A stretch of 64,000 bases of DNA from Alphaproteobacteria bacterium (GTDB lineage: Bacteria > Pseudomonadota > Alphaproteobacteria > JAAXGF01). This document shows, piece after piece, positions 60,667 through 64,000 of this stretch (within the stretch, counting starts at the first letter, position 1; the number at the start of each line of letters is the position of its first letter). A program made the position numbers and the translations under genes. Location: contig CAUVXB020000001.1 in NCBI GenBank assembly GCA_963555825.3, positions 480,001 to 544,000 of the forward strand. The letters are read 5' to 3'. The notes below the pieces were generated by a model. The model was not told where the DNA came from and did no database searches. It was given only the letters and a program-made list of their open reading frames with translations.

Positions 60667-62583
60667 ATGACAGGGCGATTCGACGATATTTTCACGCGTT
60701 CGCTGGCCGATCCGGAAGGATTCTGGGGCGAGGTCGCCGAGACCGTCCACTGGAACAGGCGTTGGGACAAGGTGCTCGACGACAGCAATCCGCCGTTCTA
60801 CCGCTGGTTCGTCGGCGCCGAGGTCAACAGCTGCTACAACGCCCTCGACCTCCACGTCGAGACCGGCCGCGCCGACCAGGCGGCGCTGATCTACGACAGC
60901 CCGGTGACCGGCACGGTGCGCAGCTACACGTACCGCGAGCTGCGCGACGAGGTCGCCCTGTTCGCCGGCGTGCTGGCCGACCAGGGCGTCGGCAAGGGCG
61001 ACCGGGTGATCCTATACATGCCGATGGTGGCCGAGGCGGCCATCGCCATGCTCGCCTGTGCCCGCCTGGGCGCGGTGCATTCGGTGGTGTTCGGCGGCTT
61101 CGCGGCCAACGAGCTCGCCGTGCGCATCGACGATTGCACGCCCAAGGTCATCGTCTCGGCGTCCTGCGGCGTCGAGGTCAACCGGGTGATCGCCTACAAG
61201 CCGCTGCTCGACGAGGCGATCCGCCTCGCCAGCCACAAGCCCGACGGCTGCATCATCCTGCAGCGGCCGATGGAACCGGCGACGATGGAAGCCAGCCGCG
61301 ACGTCGACTGGGCCGACGCGGTCGCCGCCGCGAGCCCGCGCGACTGCGTGCCGGTCGGCGCCAACGATCCGCTCTACATCCTCTATACCTCGGGCACGAC
61401 CGGCGAGCCCAAGGGCGTGGTGCGCGACAACGGCGGCCACATCGTCGCGCTCAAATGGACCATGACGAACATCTACGGCGTCGCGCCGGGCGAGGTCTAT
61501 TGGGCGGCCTCCGACGTCGGCTGGGTGGTCGGCCACTCGTATATCGTCTACGCGCCGCTGTTCAACGGCAACACGACCATCCTCTACGAGGGCAAGCCGG
61601 TCGGCACGCCCGACGCCGGCGCCTTCTGGCGCGTCATCGCCGACCACAAGGTGGCGGCGATGTTCACCGCGCCGACCGCGTTCCGCGCGATCAAGAAAGA
61701 GGACCCCGAGGGCAAGCTGATCGGCGATTACGACCTGTCGAACTTCCGCACCCTGTTCCTCGCCGGCGAACGCACCGACCCCGACACGCTGCACTGGGCC
61801 GAGGACAAGTTGGGCGTGCCGGTGATCGACCACTGGTGGCAGACCGAGACCGGTTGGTCGATCTGCGCCAACTGCATCGGCATCGAGCCCTTGCCGATCA
61901 AGGAAGGCTCGCCGACCAAACCGGTGCCGGGTGTCGACGTGCGCGTGCTCGACGAAGCGGGCAACGAGGCCAAACCCGGCGAGATCGGCGCGCTGACCAT
62001 CAAGCTGCCGCTGCCGCCGGGTACCTTCACCACGCTGTGGGGCGCCGACCAGCGTTTCATCGATTCCTACATGGCGCATTTCCCGGGTTACTACGAGACG
62101 GCCGACGCTGGCTTCATCGACGAGGACGGCTATGTCTTCGTCATGTCGCGCACCGACGACATCATCAACGTCGCCGGCCACCGCCTGTCGACCGGTGGGA
62201 TGGAAGAGGTGCTGGCGGCGCATCCGGACGTCGCCGAATGCGCCGTGGTCGGCGTCGCCGACCAACTCAAGGGCCAGCTGCCGGTCGGCTTCCTGGTGCT
62301 TAGCGCGGGCGTCGATCGCGACCACGCCGAGATCGTCGCCGAGGTCATCGCCATGGTTCGCAAGCGGATCGGACCGGTCGCCGCGTTCAAGTCGGCGGCG
62401 GTCGTCGCGCGGCTGCCCAAGACGCGCTCGGGCAAGATCCTGCGCGGCACGATGCAGAAGATCGCCGACTGCGAGGACTACAAGATGCCGGCGACGATCG
62501 ACGACCCGGCGATCCTCGACGAGATCGCCGAAGCGCTCACCGGCATCGGCTACGCCGGCGCGCGGAGCGCCGCCGCCGACTGA
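60667..62583 (+). CDS. prpE: propionyl-CoA synthetase
   Basis: YTSGTTGEPKG, DHWWQTETG, LPKTRSGKILR. Confidence 0.85.
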   Translation: MTGRFDDIFTRSLADPEGFWGEVAETVHWNRRWDKVLDDSNPPFYRWFVGAEVNSCYNALDLHVETGRADQAALIYDSPVTGTVRSYTYRELRDEVALFAGVLADQGVGKGDRVILYMPMVAEAAIAMLACARLGAVHSVVFGGFAANELAVRIDDCTPKVIVSASCGVEVNRVIAYKPLLDEAIRLASHKPDGCIILQRPMEPATMEASRDVDWADAVAAASPRDCVPVGANDPLYILYTSGTTGEPKGVVRDNGGHIVALKWTMTNIYGVAPGEVYWAASDVGWVVGHSYIVYAPLFNGNTTILYEGKPVGTPDAGAFWRVIADHKVAAMFTAPTAFRAIKKEDPEGKLIGDYDLSNFRTLFLAGERTDPDTLHWAEDKLGVPVIDHWWQTETGWSICANCIGIEPLPIKEGSPTKPVPGVDVRVLDEAGNEAKPGEIGALTIKLPLPPGTFTTLWGADQRFIDSYMAHFPGYYETADAGFIDEDGYVFVMSRTDDIINVAGHRLSTGGMEEVLAAHPDVAECAVVGVADQLKGQLPVGFLVLSAGVDRDHAEIVAEVIAMVRKRIGPVAAFKSAAVVARLPKTRSGKILRGTMQKIADCEDYKMPATIDDPAILDEIAEALTGIGYAGARSAAAD

Positions 62584-62924
62584 TCAGACGCTAAGCGCCA
62601 TGCCGTCGTGGCCGGGGTCGGCGCCGCCCGGCCACGCCCTTTCGTTGATGCGGATGCCGTGGATGGCGGCAAATGTCGCTAGCAATTAGCTTGGCGTTGC
62701 CTGCCGGATGACCGAGGCGGTCGCGCCGGAGCGTCAATTTTCCTTTCGACCAGAGAATATACCTATACAATACCTAAAGGTTGTTCGCCAAATTGTAGAA
62801 TCTTGCTCGAACCTTGTAATCGCGTGCTGTTCGGGTCTGCCAAAATGTCGATCGCTTGAATCGCGTTGGCGGACGAGCCGAGTCATTGCGAACGTGAAGC
62901 AATCCTTGAGACGGGAGAGAGCGT

Positions 62925-63310
62925 ATGGTCGCGAATTGGGAGGGGAGTATCGTTTCCTTTCCTATGGTGGTCGTTCGGCCAAAGACAGCCGAGGAAATCG
63001 CGGCGATCATTGGGAATACGGATGACTATCCTTCGCCCGTGCGCGCCGTGGGTTCGAACCACTCGACGACTCATTGCGGAGTCGCCGACAAGGGCACCCT
63101 AATCGAAATGTCCGCGTTCCAGGACGTCAGGATTGACAAGCAAAACATGACAGTTACCGCGGGGGCGGGTGCGCTTTACATAGACGTTGCGCATAAGCTC
63201 GCTCAAGAGAACCTGCAGTTCTACGTCAACGTCGAACTTGGGAACCTGAGCGTTGGCAGTGCTGCGTGCGGTGGCACCAAGGATGCTTCAATGCCCGGGG
63301 ACGACGAGGG
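62925..63310 (+). pseudogene. FAD-binding oxidase (gulonolactone-oxidase-like) N-terminus, truncated by IS256
   Basis: NWEG, VRAVGSNHS, VTAGAG, LSVGSAACG. Confidence 0.7.
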
Positions 63311-63401
63311 GGATGTATTTGTTGAAACTTTGAATTAGGGTGGCGTTGCTTCCCCTGAGCCGTAGGCTCGGGGTGCTTAAACCAAGAAAGGAAGCAACAC
63401 C

Positions 63402-64000
63402 ATGAAGACGACTACCACATCCGCGACCGCGCTGGCCAGTGCGGCGAATGTTCACGCCCTTGTTAAAGAGGCCTTTGACGCGGTCGGGGCGAGCTTTGAG
63501 CGGTTCTGCCTGATGGCTGGCATTGAAAGCCTGACACAGATGCTGGGAGAAGACGTGGACACGCTTGCGGGTGGGCGATATGAGCACCGTCCAGACAAGC
63601 CTGGCTACCGATGGGGTCAGGCCAAGGCGCAGGTTGGGTTCCATGGGGGCAAGATCGAAGTTGATCGCCCGCGTGTCCGCAACAAGGCGACGGGTAAAGA
63701 GATGACGCTGCCGAGTTGGGAAGAGATTGCCGCTGGCGGCTTTCTCGATCAGTGGGCCGTGAACCTGATGGTGATGAACGTCGCGACCCGACAATTTGGC
63801 CGGGCGGTGCGCCTGCCGGAAGCCCGGGTTCCGGCACAAGTTGGCAGCGGGCTTTCAAAGTCTGCGGTCTCACGTCGCTTCAAGGCCCTGACGCAGGCGC
63901 ATTTCAATGATTGGATGGGGTCCGATCTGTCCGAGCACGACATCATTGCGATCCAGATCGACGGACTGCATCTGGACGATCGCCTATTGATGATCGGAGC
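63402..64000 (+). CDS. IS256-family transposase of a second type (partial)
   Basis: Not in the ORF track. Reads MKTTTT...SFERFCLMAG...GGKIEVDRPRVR...SKSAVSRRF...IQIDG. IS end lies near 63310. Confidence 0.85.
   Translation, partial: MKTTTTSATALASAANVHALVKEAFDAVGASFERFCLMAGIESLTQMLGEDVDTLAGGRYEHRPDKPGYRWGQAKAQVGFHGGKIEVDRPRVRNKATGKEMTLPSWEEIAAGGFLDQWAVNLMVMNVATRQFGRAVRLPEARVPAQVGSGLSKSAVSRRFKALTQAHFNDWMGSDLSEHDIIAIQIDGLHLDDRLLMIG

Overview
GC-rich bacterial DNA, probably an alphaproteobacterium (inferred from gene content). Blocks of catabolic genes (hydantoin racemase and D-carbamoylase, TauD dioxygenases, a tdm-like TMAO demethylase, a DMG-dehydrogenase-like gene, ccr, prpE) alternate with a very dense, nested set of insertion sequences (IS66, IS256, three IS1182/IS5-like types, IS3-like, IS21, IS110/IS1111, IS630, IS1380, IS481-like), MITEs and many IS-truncated pseudogenes. 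The strongest unexplained signal is a 1801-bp IS1182-like element present in three copies. Every visible junction of it lies at the same position, nt 12-18, inside a terminal inverted repeat of an IS256 element, although the 7-bp target differs between the two IS256 ends. It looks like an IS that specifically parasitises IS256 ends, and two of its copies are in turn hit by an IS3-like element that makes a 14-bp duplication. Other highlights: an IS1111 element whose non-coding end carries guides matching both its actual target and its own circle junction (bridge/seekRNA); a 695-bp transposase-less cassette carrying a membrane-protein gene; a cluster of REP-like hairpins targeted by another IS1182; and a MITE inside a lipoprotein signal-peptide region. 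All family assignments come from motif recognition by eye; no database search was run.
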